In this document: one piece after another, positions 20,386 to 32,700 of the stretch | Position numbering within the stretch: position 1 is the first letter of the stretch | How the letters are laid out: every line of letters begins with the position of its first letter | Assembly (NCBI GenBank): GCA_965204725.1 | Contig: OZ242005.1 | Coordinates: 2,304,001 to 2,368,000 of the forward strand | DNA length: 64,000 bases | Source: Candidatus Latescibacterota bacterium | GTDB taxonomy: Bacteria; Latescibacterota; UBA2968; UBA8231 | Direction: 5' to 3' | Position numbers and translations under genes: made by a program | The notes under the pieces: generated by a model | Database searches by the model: none | The model's input: the letters and a program-made list of their open reading frames with translations, nothing else | Told to the model about the DNA's origin: nothing

Positions 20386-20703
20386 TTATTCTGGGTCGAT
20401 CATTTCGCCGCTGCGAACAGAGACTCGCACGTATTTGCCGTTGTCCAGCTTCTTGTGGCTGATGCGCGTCGGTTGGTCGGTCTTGGGGCAAACGATCATG
20501 ACATTGGAAACGTGAATGGGGGCCTCGCGCTCGACGATACCTCCTTGGGGATCGCGCGATGTCGGACGAGTGTGATGCTTGCGCATATTCACGCCTTCGA
20601 CGATGACTCGCCTCCGGTCTTTAAGCACGCTGAGGACGGTCGAGCGCCGACCTTTGTCGTTGCCGCTTATGACCTGCACTGTGTCGTTTTTGCGAATGTC
20701 CAT
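20386..20703 (-). CDS. rplX: 50S ribosomal protein L24
   Basis: VISGNDKG, VEGVN, EAPIHVSNV. Confidence 0.96.
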   Translation of the reverse strand: MDIRKNDTVQVISGNDKGRRSTVLSVLKDRRRVIVEGVNMRKHHTRPTSRDPQGGIVEREAPIHVSNVMIVCPKTDQPTRISHKKLDNGKYVRVSVRSGEMIDPE

Positions 20704-20714
20704 TATGCTCTTCC

Positions 20715-21083
20715 TCAGACCACCTCGGGTGCCAACGAGACAATGCGCATGTATTGCTTTTCGCGCAGCTCGCGGGCCACAGGCCCAAATATGCGAGTAC
20801 CCGTGGGCTCCTTGTCGTCGTTGACCAATACAGCGGCGTTGTCGTCAAAGCGGATATAAGAGCCATCGGGACGGCGATATTCCTTCTTGGTCCGCACAAC
20901 TACGGCCTTGACGACTTGCCCTTCCTCTAAAGGCCCGTTCGGCACTACGCCGTGGACAGCGACTACGATCAGGTCGCCAATGCTGGCATAGCGCTTGCGG
21001 GAGCCGCCCAGTACGCGAATGCAGCGGCCGGTGCGGGCCCCGGCGTTATCCGCCATTTTGACTACGCTGTATTCCCGAATCAT
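20715..21083 (-). CDS. rplN: 50S ribosomal protein L14
   Basis: [26 protein letters not shown]. Confidence 0.97.
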   Translation of the reverse strand: MIREYSVVKMADNAGARTGRCIRVLGGSRKRYASIGDLIVVAVHGVVPNGPLEEGQVVKAVVVRTKKEYRRPDGSYIRFDDNAAVLVNDDKEPTGTRIFGPVARELREKQYMRIVSLAPEVV

Positions 21084-21110
21084 TTTGTTCCTGCAAGCTC
21101 AATTTTTGAT

Positions 21111-21368
21111 TTACGGCCGCTCTAATACATCGACGAGCCGCCAACGCTTGGTTTTGCTCATGGGCCGGCATTCCTCAATGCGCACGAGATCGCCAACTTG
21201 CGACTCTTCCCGCTCGTCGTGGGCCACAAACTTGGCAGTGCGGCGGATGACCCGGCCGTACAGGGCATGCGGAATGCGCTGTTCAACCGCCACAATCCGC
21301 GTCTTGATGTTACTGGCCTTGAGCACTCGACCTTCAGCCTGACGCCGGCCTCTCTTTTGTTTAGCCAT
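21111..21368 (-). CDS. rpsQ: 30S ribosomal protein S17
   Basis: AHDE...GDLVRIEECRPMSKTKRW. Confidence 0.94.
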   Translation of the reverse strand: MAKQKRGRRQAEGRVLKASNIKTRIVAVEQRIPHALYGRVIRRTAKFVAHDEREESQVGDLVRIEECRPMSKTKRWRLVDVLERP

Positions 21369-21375
21369 TTCCCAC

Positions 21376-21591
21376 CTATTTCCCACCGGCCAAGGGGCGG
21401 ATTCCGAGCGTGTGCTCTTTGAGCACGGTGTGTGCCTTGGCAATATCGCGCCGCACCTGTCGCAACCGAATGGGACTCGTCAACTGGCCGGCTACGTGCT
21501 GAAAACGCAGGTTGAAGAATTCCTCATGCAACTCTTCCAACCTGTTTTGCACTTCCTCTAAACTCAACTCGCGCAATTCGCTGACCTTCAT
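21376..21591 (-). CDS. rpmC: 50S ribosomal protein L29
   Basis: MKVSELREL...FNLRFQ...VRRDIA. Confidence 0.94.
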   Translation of the reverse strand: MKVSELRELSLEEVQNRLEELHEEFFNLRFQHVAGQLTSPIRLRQVRRDIAKAHTVLKEHTLGIRPLAGGK

Positions 21592-21595
21592 AGCC

Positions 21596-22006
21596 TCACG
21601 TAACTCGTTTGACGACCTTGGTCTTGATGGGCAGTTTGTGGCCAGCGCGGCGAAATGCCTCGCGGGCCATGGCTTCGGGCACCCCGGAAAGCTCAAACAT
21701 CACCCGCCCGGGTTTGACGACCGCAACCCATCCCTCGGGCGATCCCTTGCCTTTGCCCATGCGGGTTTCGGCCGGTTTCTTGGTGATCGGTTTGTCGGGA
21801 AAAATGCGGATCCACATCTTGCCCGTGCGGCTCATCGCCCGACTGATCGTCACGCGCACAGCCTCGATTTGGCGGCTGGTAACCCAACAAGGTTCGAGGG
21901 CTTTAAGGCCATATTCGCCGAAGGAGACCATGTCCCCGCCTTTGGTCTGGCCGCGCATGCGCCCCCGCGCTTGCTTCCTCCACTTGGATTTCTTGGGCAT
22001 TAACAT
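21596..22006 (-). CDS. rplP: 50S ribosomal protein L16
   Basis: [16 protein letters not shown]. Confidence 0.97.
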   Translation of the reverse strand: MLMPKKSKWRKQARGRMRGQTKGGDMVSFGEYGLKALEPCWVTSRQIEAVRVTISRAMSRTGKMWIRIFPDKPITKKPAETRMGKGKGSPEGWVAVVKPGRVMFELSGVPEAMAREAFRRAGHKLPIKTKVVKRVT

Positions 22007-22025
22007 AGAGAGCGTCTCGCTGTAA

Positions 22026-22679
22026 TTAGACCGTCCGCACGGCCCCTTCTTCGGCCACGACTTCGCCGTGACAAATCCAAACCTTTACGCCCACAGTCCC
22101 CGATACGGTATAAGCCGTCGCCATGGCGTAGTCGATATCGGCGCGTAGCGTGTGCAAGGGGACCCGACCGGCTGGCTCGGAACGCTCGCGCCGTCCCATT
22201 TCCGAACCACCGATGCGCCCGGAACAGACGATGCGGATGCCTTCGGCCCCCATGCGCATCGACGAGGCGACAGATTTTTTCATGGCCCGGCGGAAAGAAA
22301 CGCGCTGCTCCAACTGGCGGGCAAGGTTGTCGGCCACTAGCTGAGCATCCAGTTCGGGCTTCTTGATCTCTTGGATATTGAGCGAGACATCCTTGCTGGT
22401 CAGTGCCTTGAGCTCGTCGCGAATTTTATCGACTTCGGCCCCCCGGCGCCCAATGGCAATACCGGGACGAGCGGTATGCACTTCAACGGTAACCCGCTTG
22501 GGCTGGCGCTCAATGTTGATCTGGGACACACCGGCTCGCTGTAGGCGCTGGCGCACGTAGCGCCGGAGCATGAGGTCTTCCTTGAGTAACTCGGAAAAAT
22601 CCTTTTCGGCGAACCAATTTGAACGCCAAGGCTTGATGACCCCGAGGCGGAAGCCGTATGGATGTGTTTTTTGGCCCAA
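22026..22679 (-). CDS. rpsC: 30S ribosomal protein S3
   Basis: [26 protein letters not shown]; TTG start. Confidence 0.96.
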   Translation of the reverse strand: MGQKTHPYGFRLGVIKPWRSNWFAEKDFSELLKEDLMLRRYVRQRLQRAGVSQINIERQPKRVTVEVHTARPGIAIGRRGAEVDKIRDELKALTSKDVSLNIQEIKKPELDAQLVADNLARQLEQRVSFRRAMKKSVASSMRMGAEGIRIVCSGRIGGSEMGRRERSEPAGRVPLHTLRADIDYAMATAYTVSGTVGVKVWICHGEVVAEEGAVRTV

Positions 22680-22689
22680 GGAGCCCCCC

Positions 22690-23037
22690 TTAGTTGGCCT
22701 GGTCGCTGACGACGACCGTGAGATTGCAGTGGCGCTTGCGAATGCGATCGGCCGAGCCGCGGGCCCGCGGACGAATGCGCTTGAGATCGCGTCCTTCGTC
22801 GGCGAAGACACGCGTTACGTAGAGATCATCGGCGTCAACCGGATTTTCTTCATCCTGATTTATCCCATTGGCTATGGCCGAACGCAGGGTCTTTTCGACC
22901 AGCTTGGCCACGGGCCGAGGCGAAAACCGAAGAATGGTAAGGGCCTCGGCGACGGGCTTGCCGCGAATCAGGTCGATGAGCTGACGCACTTTAGTCGCCG
23001 GTACGCCGATTTGTTTGAGTACGGCTTGGGCTTCCAT
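22690..23037 (-). CDS. rplV: 50S ribosomal protein L22
   Basis: KRIRPRARG. Confidence 0.95.
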   Translation of the reverse strand: MEAQAVLKQIGVPATKVRQLIDLIRGKPVAEALTILRFSPRPVAKLVEKTLRSAIANGINQDEENPVDADDLYVTRVFADEGRDLKRIRPRARGSADRIRKRHCNLTVVVSDQAN

Positions 23038-23038
23038 G

Positions 23039-23326
23039 CTATTGCACTCTCGTGCCGCGCTCGGTCAACCGGCCCCCATGGCCGCGAAAGGTGCGGGTTG
23101 GAGCGAACTCGCCGAGCTTGTGCCCGACCATGTTCTCTGTGATGTACACCGGAATGAACTTATTGCCGTTGTAAACAGCGAGTGTATGGCCAACGAAGTC
23201 GGGCGTAATGGTTGATCGCCGCGACCAAGTCCGTACGACCTGTTTGTCACCCGTGCGATTGAGGTGCTCAATTTTTTTTGTTAAATGCCCATCGATAAAA
23301 GGGCCTTTTTTAATCGATCGTGCCAT
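23039..23326 (-). CDS. rpsS: 30S ribosomal protein S19
   Basis: [23 protein letters not shown]. Confidence 0.97.
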   Translation of the reverse strand: MARSIKKGPFIDGHLTKKIEHLNRTGDKQVVRTWSRRSTITPDFVGHTLAVYNGNKFIPVYITENMVGHKLGEFAPTRTFRGHGGRLTERGTRVQ

Positions 23327-23335
23327 AATCCCTCG

Positions 23336-24169
23336 CTACTTCGCGTTGCGCCGGCGTATGATCCACTGATTGCTTTGGTTTTTGCGCTTGCGCGTCTTGT
23401 ACCCCTTAGTCGGCTTGCCCCAAGGGGTGACCGGGTGCCGTCCACCCGAAGACCGGCCCTCGCCGCCCCCATGCGGGTGGTCGACCGGATTCATCACTAC
23501 GCCCCGCACCTTGGGTCTGTGCCCCAACCAACGAGCGCGACCCGCCTTGCCAATGACAATGTTGGCATGTTCTATATTGCCCACCTGCCCCAAGGTCGCC
23601 ATGCACTGGACGGGTACTTCGCGATTTTCCCCGGAAGGCAGGCGCAACTGCGCCCGACCACCATCGCGACCGAGAAGCTGTACTTCCGCTCCCGCGCTGC
23701 GTGCTAGCTGACCGCCGCGACCGGGATTGAGCTCGACATTGTGAATCGTCGCTCCCAAGGGAATGTTGGCCAACGGCAGGGCATTACCGACTTGGATTGG
23801 GGCATTGGGACCGGCGGCGATCTCGGCCCCGACTTTCAGGCCCAAAGGCGCGAGAATATAGCGCTTGTCGCCGTCGGCATAGACGACAAGAGCAATAAAT
23901 GCCGAGCGATTGGGATCGTATTCGATGGCGGCGACTCGGCCCGGGACACCGATCTTGGCCCGCTTGAAGTCGATGACGCGATAGCGCCGCTTGTGCCCCC
24001 CTCCGCGCCGACGCATGGTCAGACGCCCCTGATTGTTGCGTCCTCCCGACTTGCCAACGGCAGATGCGAGCAAGGACTTCTCGGGCTTGCTGCGCGTTAG
24101 GTCCGCAAAGGAGTTGACCGTCTTGTAGCGCAGCGTCGGGGTTGTGGGGCGGAATTTTTTAACGGCCAT
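23336..24169 (-). CDS. rplB: 50S ribosomal protein L2
   Basis: [21 protein letters not shown]. Confidence 0.98.
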   Translation of the reverse strand: MAVKKFRPTTPTLRYKTVNSFADLTRSKPEKSLLASAVGKSGGRNNQGRLTMRRRGGGHKRRYRVIDFKRAKIGVPGRVAAIEYDPNRSAFIALVVYADGDKRYILAPLGLKVGAEIAAGPNAPIQVGNALPLANIPLGATIHNVELNPGRGGQLARSAGAEVQLLGRDGGRAQLRLPSGENREVPVQCMATLGQVGNIEHANIVIGKAGRARWLGHRPKVRGVVMNPVDHPHGGGEGRSSGGRHPVTPWGKPTKGYKTRKRKNQSNQWIIRRRNAK

Positions 24170-24185
24170 CTCGAGAGCAACTTAG

Positions 24186-24470
24186 CTAGATGTTTTCTGC
24201 AAATTCAATGGAGTCGCCGGCTTGGAGTGTCACATAGGCCTTTTTCCAACCGGCACGCCGTCCCAAGTACATCCCTTGCCGCTTGGGCTTGCTGGGGACC
24301 TTGATGGTGCGAACGGATTCGACCTTGACTGAAAAAATGGATTCTACGGCCTGGCGGATCTGGAGTTTGTTGGCCTTGGGATGGACGCGAAAGGCGTATT
24401 TGTTGCCCTCGCGCAACATAGAGGCTTTTTCGGTGATCACCGGCTCCTGAATAATCGCTCGTGGGTTCAT
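24186..24470 (-). CDS. rplW: 50S ribosomal protein L23
   Basis: PVITEKA, WKKAYVTL. Confidence 0.95.
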   Translation of the reverse strand: MNPRAIIQEPVITEKASMLREGNKYAFRVHPKANKLQIRQAVESIFSVKVESVRTIKVPSKPKRQGMYLGRRAGWKKAYVTLQAGDSIEFAENI

Positions 24471-24473
24471 TTT

Positions 24474-25112
24474 TTAACCCCTTTGGCCGCACTTTTCTAC
24501 GAGCCGGTCAAAGGCTTGGCGAGCAAATAAAACCACATCTGTTGCCAGCAAGTCGTAGGTAGATAGCGACCCGAGATGGGTAGTTTTCACCTTGGGCAGA
24601 TTACGGCTCGATTTGAGCAACACCGGCGAGCTATCCACAGTGACAAACAGAACTTTCTGGCCTTCGAGACCGCATGCTTCGATGACCTTCTGAAAGGAAC
24701 GGGTACTAGGAGCGGGAAAGTTGAAATCGGTGACGACCTTGATCTGCCCTTCTGTACCTTTGACTGTGAGTGCCGAGCGGAATGCCAAACGCTTGAGGGA
24801 TTTGGGCAGCTTGGAAGCATAGGAGCGGGGGTGGGGCCCAAAGGCCACGCCGCCCCCACGCACCAACGGTGAGCGCAACGAACCCCGACGCGCCCAACCC
24901 GTGCCTTTCTGGCGATGGTGCTTCTTACCTGTGCGGGCTATTTCAGACCGGGTCTTGGCCGAGGCCGTCCCCTGCCGCTGATTCGCTTGGTTGGCGACGA
25001 TCGCTCGGTAGAGAGCGTATTCCGAAACCTCAATGCCGAACAAATCCTCGGGCAATTCCACAGAGCCATCGGCTTGTCCTGCGCTGTTTAGCACCTCTAC
25101 CTGCACACCCAT
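24474..25112 (-). CDS. rplD: 50S ribosomal protein L4
   Basis: RQGTASAKTRSE, QKGTGWARRGS, GGGVAFGP. Confidence 0.96.
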   Translation of the reverse strand: MGVQVEVLNSAGQADGSVELPEDLFGIEVSEYALYRAIVANQANQRQGTASAKTRSEIARTGKKHHRQKGTGWARRGSLRSPLVRGGGVAFGPHPRSYASKLPKSLKRLAFRSALTVKGTEGQIKVVTDFNFPAPSTRSFQKVIEACGLEGQKVLFVTVDSSPVLLKSSRNLPKVKTTHLGSLSTYDLLATDVVLFARQAFDRLVEKCGQRG

Positions 25113-25119
25113 CGTCCAA

Positions 25120-25428
25120 TCAAACCTTTATGTCAATGCCGATGCCCGCAGGCAGATCGAGCTTCATCAGAGCATCCACGGTCTGCGGCGTCGAATCATA
25201 AATGTCGATGAGGCGCTTGTGGATGCGCGTCTCAAACTGCTCGCGCGATTTCTTGTCCACATGTGGGGATCGCAGCACGGTATATATAGTACGAGCCGTC
25301 GGCAGCGGCACCGGGCCAGCGATGCGCGCCCCGCTCCGCTTGACCGTCTGGACTATCTCGTCCACAGACTTATCCAAAGCTATATGATCGTAGGCTTTGA
25401 GACGAATGCGTATTCTGTCAACTGCCAC
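25120..25428 (-). CDS. rpsJ: 30S ribosomal protein S10
   Basis: [31 protein letters not shown]; GTG start. Confidence 0.97.
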   Translation of the reverse strand: MAVDRIRIRLKAYDHIALDKSVDEIVQTVKRSGARIAGPVPLPTARTIYTVLRSPHVDKKSREQFETRIHKRLIDIYDSTPQTVDALMKLDLPAGIGIDIKV

Positions 25429-25456
25429 TGGCTCGTATCCCCCTAACGCGGTGGCC

Positions 25457-26647
25457 CTACTCGGAGACCTCGGTGACGACACCGGAGCCGATGGTCCGAC
25501 CGCCCTCGCGAATGGCAAAGCGCAACTGCGGCTCAATGGCTATAGGCTGGATTAGCTCTACTTCCATGTTGACGTTGTCGCCCGGCATGACCATCTCTGT
25601 GCCCTCAGGCAGAGCAATGGTCCCGGTGACGTCGGTGGTGCGAAAGAAAAACTGGGGCCGATAGCCAGAGAAAAAGGGCTTTTCGCGCCCTCCCTCCTTG
25701 GGGGTCAACACCACGACCTCGGCCCTAAACTTGGTGTGCGGCTGAACAGAAGCAGGCTTGCAGACGACCATTCCGCGCATGAGTTCAGCTTTCTCGACGC
25801 CGCGGAGCAGAAGGCCGACGTTGTCGCCCGCCTCGCCCTCGTTGAGCAGCTTGCGGAACATCTCGACGCCGGTGACTGTGGTCTTGCGCGTCTCCTTGAT
25901 GCCGACGATATCCACCTCTTCGCCGACCTTGATTCGACCGCGCTCGACGCGACCCGTGCCAACCGTGCCGCGTCCTTGGATCGTAAACACATCTTCGACC
26001 GGCATCAAGAAAGGCTGGTCGACATCGCGCACCGGGTCGGGAATGAACTCGTCAACCGCATTCATCAATTCGTCGATCGACTGAGTGCCAGTCGGCGAGT
26101 CCGTCCCTTCGAGTGCCTCAAGGGCCGAACCGCGGATCATCGGGGTATCGTCGCCATCAAAACCGTACTCGGATAGCAACTCGCGCGTCTCCAACTCGAC
26201 CAAGTCCAAAAGTTCTTCGTCATCTACTTGATCAACCTTGTTGAGATAGACGACAATGCTGGGCACGTTGACTTGGCGGGCCAATAGAATGTGTTCGCGG
26301 GTCTGGATCATCGGCCCGTCAGCAGCACTGACGACCAAAATCGAACCATCCATCTGGGCGGCACCGGTAATCATATTTTTGATGTAGTCGGCATGACCGG
26401 GGCAGTCAACGTGTGCATAGTGACGCTTATCGGTCTCGTACTCCTGATGGGACACATTGATCGTCACCCCGCGCGCCTTTTCTTCCGGGGCATTGTCGAT
26501 TTCATCGACGCCCTTAGCCTCGGCCAAACCCTTGTTGGCCAAGTGTAAGGTGATAGCCGCCGTCAAGGTGGTTTTGCCATGGTCGACGTGACCAATGGTG
26601 CCGATATTGACGTGCGGTTTATTGCGCTGAAACTGTTCCTTAGCCAT
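25457..26647 (-). CDS. tuf: Elongation factor Tu
   Basis: [21 protein letters not shown]. Confidence 0.99.
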   Translation of the reverse strand: MAKEQFQRNKPHVNIGTIGHVDHGKTTLTAAITLHLANKGLAEAKGVDEIDNAPEEKARGVTINVSHQEYETDKRHYAHVDCPGHADYIKNMITGAAQMDGSILVVSAADGPMIQTREHILLARQVNVPSIVVYLNKVDQVDDEELLDLVELETRELLSEYGFDGDDTPMIRGSALEALEGTDSPTGTQSIDELMNAVDEFIPDPVRDVDQPFLMPVEDVFTIQGRGTVGTGRVERGRIKVGEEVDIVGIKETRKTTVTGVEMFRKLLNEGEAGDNVGLLLRGVEKAELMRGMVVCKPASVQPHTKFRAEVVVLTPKEGGREKPFFSGYRPQFFFRTTDVTGTIALPEGTEMVMPGDNVNMEVELIQPIAIEPQLRFAIREGGRTIGSGVVTEVSE

Positions 26648-26695
26648 TTCCTTAATCCTCTCCTTTCCTTAGTCCGTAGGAAGGCGGTTACAACT

Positions 26696-28773
26696 TTAAC
26701 CTCGAGTGCTATCGACGATTTCTTCGGTGATGTGCCTTGGGACGGCTTTGTATTTGGAGAACTGCATGGTAAAAAGTGCCCGTCCTTGGGTCAATGAACG
26801 CAGACGAGTGGCATAGCCAAAAGTCTCGCTCAGCGGCACGAAGGCTTTGACGACTTGGGCATCGGAACGGGGGTTGATGCCTTGGATCTCGCCACGGTGC
26901 GAATTGAGATCGCCCATTACGTCGCCTAGATATTGCTCGGGGACGACGACCTCCAACTCCATAATCGGCTCCATGAGATAGGGCGCCGCTTTTAGGGCAC
27001 CGCCTTTGAATGCCATAGAACCGGCAACCTTAAACGCGACTTCCGATGAGTCGACTTCGTGATGCGACCCATCTACCAGCGCGACTTTAACATCTTCGAT
27101 CGGATAACCGGCAACCGGGCCGCTGGTCATCGCTTCAATGATGCCCTCGCGCACTGGATTGATGTATTCCTTGGGGATGTTGCCGCCGATAATTTTCGAC
27201 TCAAAGACCAGCCCACTGCCAGGCTCGCCGGGCTCGATCTCCAACTCAACGTGCCCGTACTGGCCGCGGCCTCCGGTCTGTCGCACGAACCGACCCGAGC
27301 TCTCAACAGCCTTGCCCAGGCCTTCTTTGTAGGCCACTTGGGGCTTGCCGACATTGGCCTCAACCTTGAACTCGCGGAACAGCCGGTCAATGAGTATCTC
27401 TAGGTGTAGTTCACCCATGCCCGACATGATCGTCTGGCCTGTTTCGTCGTCGAGCTTGACCTGAAAGGTCGGATCTTCCTCACTGAGCTTGGACAGGGCA
27501 ATGTATAGCTGCTCTTGATCCGCCCGCGTCTTTGGCTCAATTGCCACATGGATCACCGGCTCGGCAAATTCGATCTTTTCCAAGACGATGGGGTGCTCAT
27601 CATCGCAAAGCGTATCGCCAGTAGTTGTGTTTTTGAGGCCAACCACAGCGACTATATCGCCAGCATAGGCACGAGATAGCTCGGTGCGATCGTTGGCGTG
27701 CATCTCCAGCAAGCGCGCAGTTCGCTCGCGGCGCTCCGTAGTCACATTGTAGAGATAAGTCCCCGAGCTTAGCACACCTGAATAGACGCGAACAAAAGTG
27801 AGACGCCCGACAAAAGGATCCGTCATAACCTTAAAGGCCAACCCGGAAAAAGGCGCGTCGTCGCGGGCGGGCGCACCGCTTCTGCGCTGGAATGGGGCAG
27901 CATGCCCTTGACTTGGCCGATGTCGGCTGGGGACGGAAGATAGTGCAGCACGGCGTCGAGCAAGCGCTGGACGCCTTTGTATTTGTACGCACTGCCACAC
28001 GTTACCGGCACGGCCTTCAGCGCGATGGTGGCTTGGCGCAACGCAGCTCGGATCTCGTCGGGATGAATTTCCTCCCCTTCTAGAAATTTTTCGAGCAGCC
28101 CATCGTCAAATTCGGCCACCGACTCGAGCAGCTTTTCGCGGTGTTGCAAGGCACTCTCCAGCAAGTCTGCGGGGATATCGTCCTCAAAAAACTTGACGCC
28201 CTGACTGGCCTCTTCGTAGGTAATGGCCTTCATCTCGACCAAGTCTATCAAGCCGTTGAAGGTCTCTCCAACGCCGATGGGCAACTGGACGGGCACAAAA
28301 TTGCTGTTCAATCGCTCTTGGAGCATGCTAAGGACCTGAAAAAAATCAGCCCCATTGCGATCCATCTTATTGACAAAAGCAATGCGCGGAACTTCGTATT
28401 TGTCGGCTTGGCGCCAGACGGTTTCGGACTGAGGTTCAACTCCGCCGACCGCACAGAAGACGCCTATGGCCCCGTCAAGGACGCGCAGCGAACGCTCAAC
28501 CTCGGCCGTAAAATCTACGTGCCCGGGCGTGTCGATGATATTGATGCGGTGATCTTTCCACTCGCAAGCGGTAGCTGCAGAGGTAATAGTAATTCCTCGC
28601 TCGCGCTCTTGCTCCATCCAATCCATCGTCGCCGTGCCCTCGTGGACCTCTCCCATGCGATGAACGCGACCCGTGTAGTAGAGGATTCGCTCGGTCGTAG
28701 TGGTCTTGCCGGCGTCAATGTGAGCCGCAATCCCGATGTTGCGCGTGTCTTGTTGGGCAAACTGTCGTACCAT
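26696..28773 (-). CDS. fusA: Elongation factor G, split by a 1-nt frameshift near 27863-27874
   Basis: N-part has [10 protein letters not shown] and DTPGHVDF; C-part has [27 protein letters not shown]. The span is 2078 nt, one base short of a 692-aa ORF. Confidence 0.9.
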
Positions 28774-28789
28774 TTCGCCTGAGATCTCC

Positions 28790-29260
28790 CTAAAATCTGT
28801 AGTGGGCGAAGGCCTTGTTTGCCTCGGCCATGCGGTGGACGTCTTCCTTCATGCGTACAGCCCCACCTTCCCCCCTTGAGGCAGCGATAAACTCGTTGGC
28901 CAACCGCTCAGCCATGGTGCGCTCAGAGCGCTCGCGGGCAAAGCGAATCAACCAGCGAATCGAACGCGCCGTGCGCTCGTCTGGTCGCATTTCGACCGGA
29001 ACCTGATACGTTTGGCCACCGACTCGACGCGATTTTACCATAACGATGGGCTTGGCATTTTCCAGTGCCTTCTGAAATACATCAATCCCGTCTTGGCCAC
29101 TGCGATCGGCAGCCAAGTCAATCGAGTCGTAGAATATGCGCTCGGCCACGCTCTTTTTGCCTTGTTTCATCAGCGAATTTACAAACCTCGCCGCCAAGAC
29201 ATTGTGGAATTTCGGGTCTGGCAGCAGCTTGCGTTTGATTGCTTTTTTACGACGCGACAT
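28790..29260 (-). CDS. rpsG: 30S ribosomal protein S7
   Basis: [25 protein letters not shown]. Confidence 0.98.
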   Translation of the reverse strand: MSRRKKAIKRKLLPDPKFHNVLAARFVNSLMKQGKKSVAERIFYDSIDLAADRSGQDGIDVFQKALENAKPIVMVKSRRVGGQTYQVPVEMRPDERTARSIRWLIRFARERSERTMAERLANEFIAASRGEGGAVRMKEDVHRMAEANKAFAHYRF

Positions 29261-29269
29261 TGCTTATAC

Positions 29270-29641
<372 letters not shown>

Positions 29642-29681
29642 ACGTTGTTGCTCCTCATTCCGTAATAAATAGCAAACTTAC

Positions 29682-29710
29682 AATGTAAATACAAATGGTA
29701 TAACTGTCAA
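29682..29710 (-). promoter_or_regulatory. sigma70 promoter of the str operon
   Basis: TTGACA-17 nt-TACATT between rpoC and rpsL. Confidence 0.75.
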
Positions 29711-29712
29711 TA

Positions 29713-32700
29713 CTACTCGCCTAAAACACCCGTTTCCGCAGTCGCAACTTCGGCCAACTCGGCTTTGCCATTACCTTCGGGCTCCAAGCTCTCATAGGTG
29801 ATATCTTGGTACGATGTAGTGCCCGTGCCGGCTGGGATCAAGCGGCCGATTATGACGTTTTCTTTGAGGCCCCGCAGATGGTCTATCTTGCCTTGTACGG
29901 CCGCCTCGGTCAACACGCGCGTCGTCTCTTGGAAAGAGGCGGCGGAGATAAAGCTATCCGTGCGCAGGGAGGCCCGAGTAATGCCCAGCAGGATCGGCTG
30001 GCAGGTGGCCGGGTCTCCTCCCTCGTAGAGGACTTTGTCATTCTCCCTGTTGAAGCGGATCTTATCCACTTCCTCCCCTTCGAGAAAATTCGTATCACCC
30101 GGGTCAATGATGCGCACCTTCTGCAACATCTGCTTGACGATCACTTCGATGTGTTTGTCGTTGATCTCCACGGCCTGTAAGCGATAGACATCCTGAATCT
30201 CGTTGACCAAATACTCCTGTACCTTATTCACACCCTGAACCCGCAAAATATCGTGCGGGTTGACCGAACCCTCGGAGAGACGCTCGCCAGCTTCGACTCG
30301 ATCTCCTTCGTGGACGCGAAGGTGCTTACCGTAGGGCACCGAGTATTTCTTTTTCTCGCCATCCAGCGGGGTAACGAACAATTCGCGGTTGCCGCGGACT
30401 AGGCCGCCGAAGCTCACAGTGCCGTCAATTTCCGATATTACCGCCGGTTCCTTGGGCCGGCGTGCCTCAAAGAGTTCAGCAACGCGCGGCAAACCACCAG
30501 TGATGTCGCGCGTCTTGGAACGCTCGCGCGGGATCTTGACCAACACCTGCCCCGGCTCAACTTGCTCTCCATCTTCGACTAAAAGACGGGCACCGACCGG
30601 AATGATATAGGAACGGGCCCCGGTTCGCTGCCCGTCTTCCTCGATTTCGATCTCGATCTGCGGGCTTAGCGAGCGGTCGCGCTGTTCGACGATGCCGCGG
30701 ACGCTCATGCCCGTGCTTTCGTCAAATTCCTCGCGCATAGTTACTCCGGCAATAATATCGTTGAACTTGATCCGGCCCGGGCGGTCGGTGAGGATCACAT
30801 TGTTGTATGGATCCCATTCGTACAGCACCTGCCCCATTTCGACTTGCTCGCCATCTTCAACCTTGAGCACCGCGCCATAAGGGACGTTGATAGACGAGCG
30901 CACTCGATTCTGTTCGTCGAGCAACCCGATTTCGCCATTGCGGCCGACGACCGTGACGCCGGCTGTCGGGTTTTGTACTGGATCAACATCGGAAAATTGG
31001 ACGCGGCCGGCCCGGCGAGCGGTGATCTGCGACTGCTCGGCAATGCGACTCGCCGTACCGCCGATGTGAAAAGTACGCAGCGTTAGCTGCGTACCCGGCT
31101 CACCAATACTCTGCGCGGCCACGACCCCAACGGCCTCGCCCACATTGACCACGCGGCCCGTAGCCATGTTGCGCCCGTAGCACTTGATGCACACGCCGCG
31201 CTCGGACTCGCAGGTGAGCACCGAGCGGATGAGAACTTCTTCAATGCCCGCTTGGGCAATGCGATTGGCGTCTTCCTCTTCCAACAGGGCACCCGCTCGG
31301 GCTACCACATTGTCGTCGGCGTCGAGAGCGTCCTCTTGCAACACGCGGCCGACGATGCGGTCGGCCAGCGGCTCGATGACCTCCTCGCCGTCCTTGAGAG
31401 CACCGGTATTCAGCCCTTGGCTAGTCATGCAGTCCTCTTCGCTAATCACCACGTCTTGGGCCACATCGACCATCCGACGAGTCAGATAGCCGGCTTCGGC
31501 CGTCTTCAGAGCCGTATCGGCCAACCCCTTGCGCGCTCCGTGGGTCGAGATGAAATACTCGAGCACCGACAGCCCCTCTTTGAAAGAGGCGATAATCGGC
31601 GTTTCGATAATTTCACCGACAGCCCCGGTCAGCTTTTTCTGCGGCTTGTTCATCAGGCCGCGCATGCCACCGAGCTGTTTGATCTGATCCTCGCTGCCAC
31701 GCGCCCCGGAATCCTTCATAACGTAAACCGAGTTAAAGCCCTCTTCGGCGTCCTCGAGCGTTTTCTGCACGGCGCGCGAGACCTCAGATGTGGCATGGGT
31801 CCAGATGTCGATGATTTTGTTATAGCGCTCGCCATCGGTGATGATGCCGTTGGCATACTGATCGCGGACTTTCTCCACTTCCTTGAGCGCTCCATCAATG
31901 AGCTTCGTTTTCGTAGGGGGCACGACTACGTCGTCAACGGCGATGGACACGCCGGCCAGCGTCGCGTAGTGGTAGCCCATATTTTTGAGCTGATCGACGA
32001 ACTCGGCCGTGCGCCTATTGCCCAACAGACGATGCACATCGGCGGTGATCTTTTTGATATCGCCCTTGTCAACCGTGCGGTTGATAAAGCCGATTTCCTC
32101 CGGGAGCACCTCGTTGAAAAGCAAGCGACCGACAGTCGTTTTCACCATCTCTCCCTCGATGCACACCACAATCGGCTGGTGCAAGGTAATGCGGCCCGCT
32201 TCAAAGGCCGCAACCGCCTCAGTCTTATTGGCAAAGTTGCGCTCGACCTCCCCTTTTTCGCTAAAGCGCGTCTTGGTCAGGTAGTAGCTGCCGAGCACGA
32301 TGTCTTGAGGGTTGTCCATAATTACCGGCTCGCCATCGGCCGGCTTGAGGATGTTGTTGGTAGAGAGCATTAAGAGCCGCGCCTCAATTTGGGACTCGAA
32401 TGAGAGCGGGACATGCACGGCCATCTGGTCGCCATCGAAGTCGGCATTAAAGGCGGCGCAAACCAGCGGGTGCAGGCGAATGGCTTTCCCCTCGACGAGA
32501 ATGGGCTGAAAAGCCTGAATGCCCAACTTGTGCAAGGTCGGCGCTCGATTGAGCAATACGCAGTGGTCGCGAATGATCTCCTCGAGAATGTCCCAGACTT
32601 CTGGGCGCTCGCGCTCGACCAACTTCTTGGCACTCTTGACGGTTTGCACCAGCCCTTTTTCTTCCAACTTTTTGATCACAAAGGGCTTAAATAGCTCCAA

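Noticed and set aside
27845-27855. Programmed -1 frameshift or transcriptional slippage in fusA at CCTTTTT
   Set aside because: The run is short, it is not a proper X XXY YYZ heptamer, and homology switches frame upstream of it
31252-32373. 373-aa plus-strand ORF, and similar ones at 51670-52602 and 60168-60911
   Set aside because: Antisense to well-supported genes; expected from high-GC codon bias; no motifs
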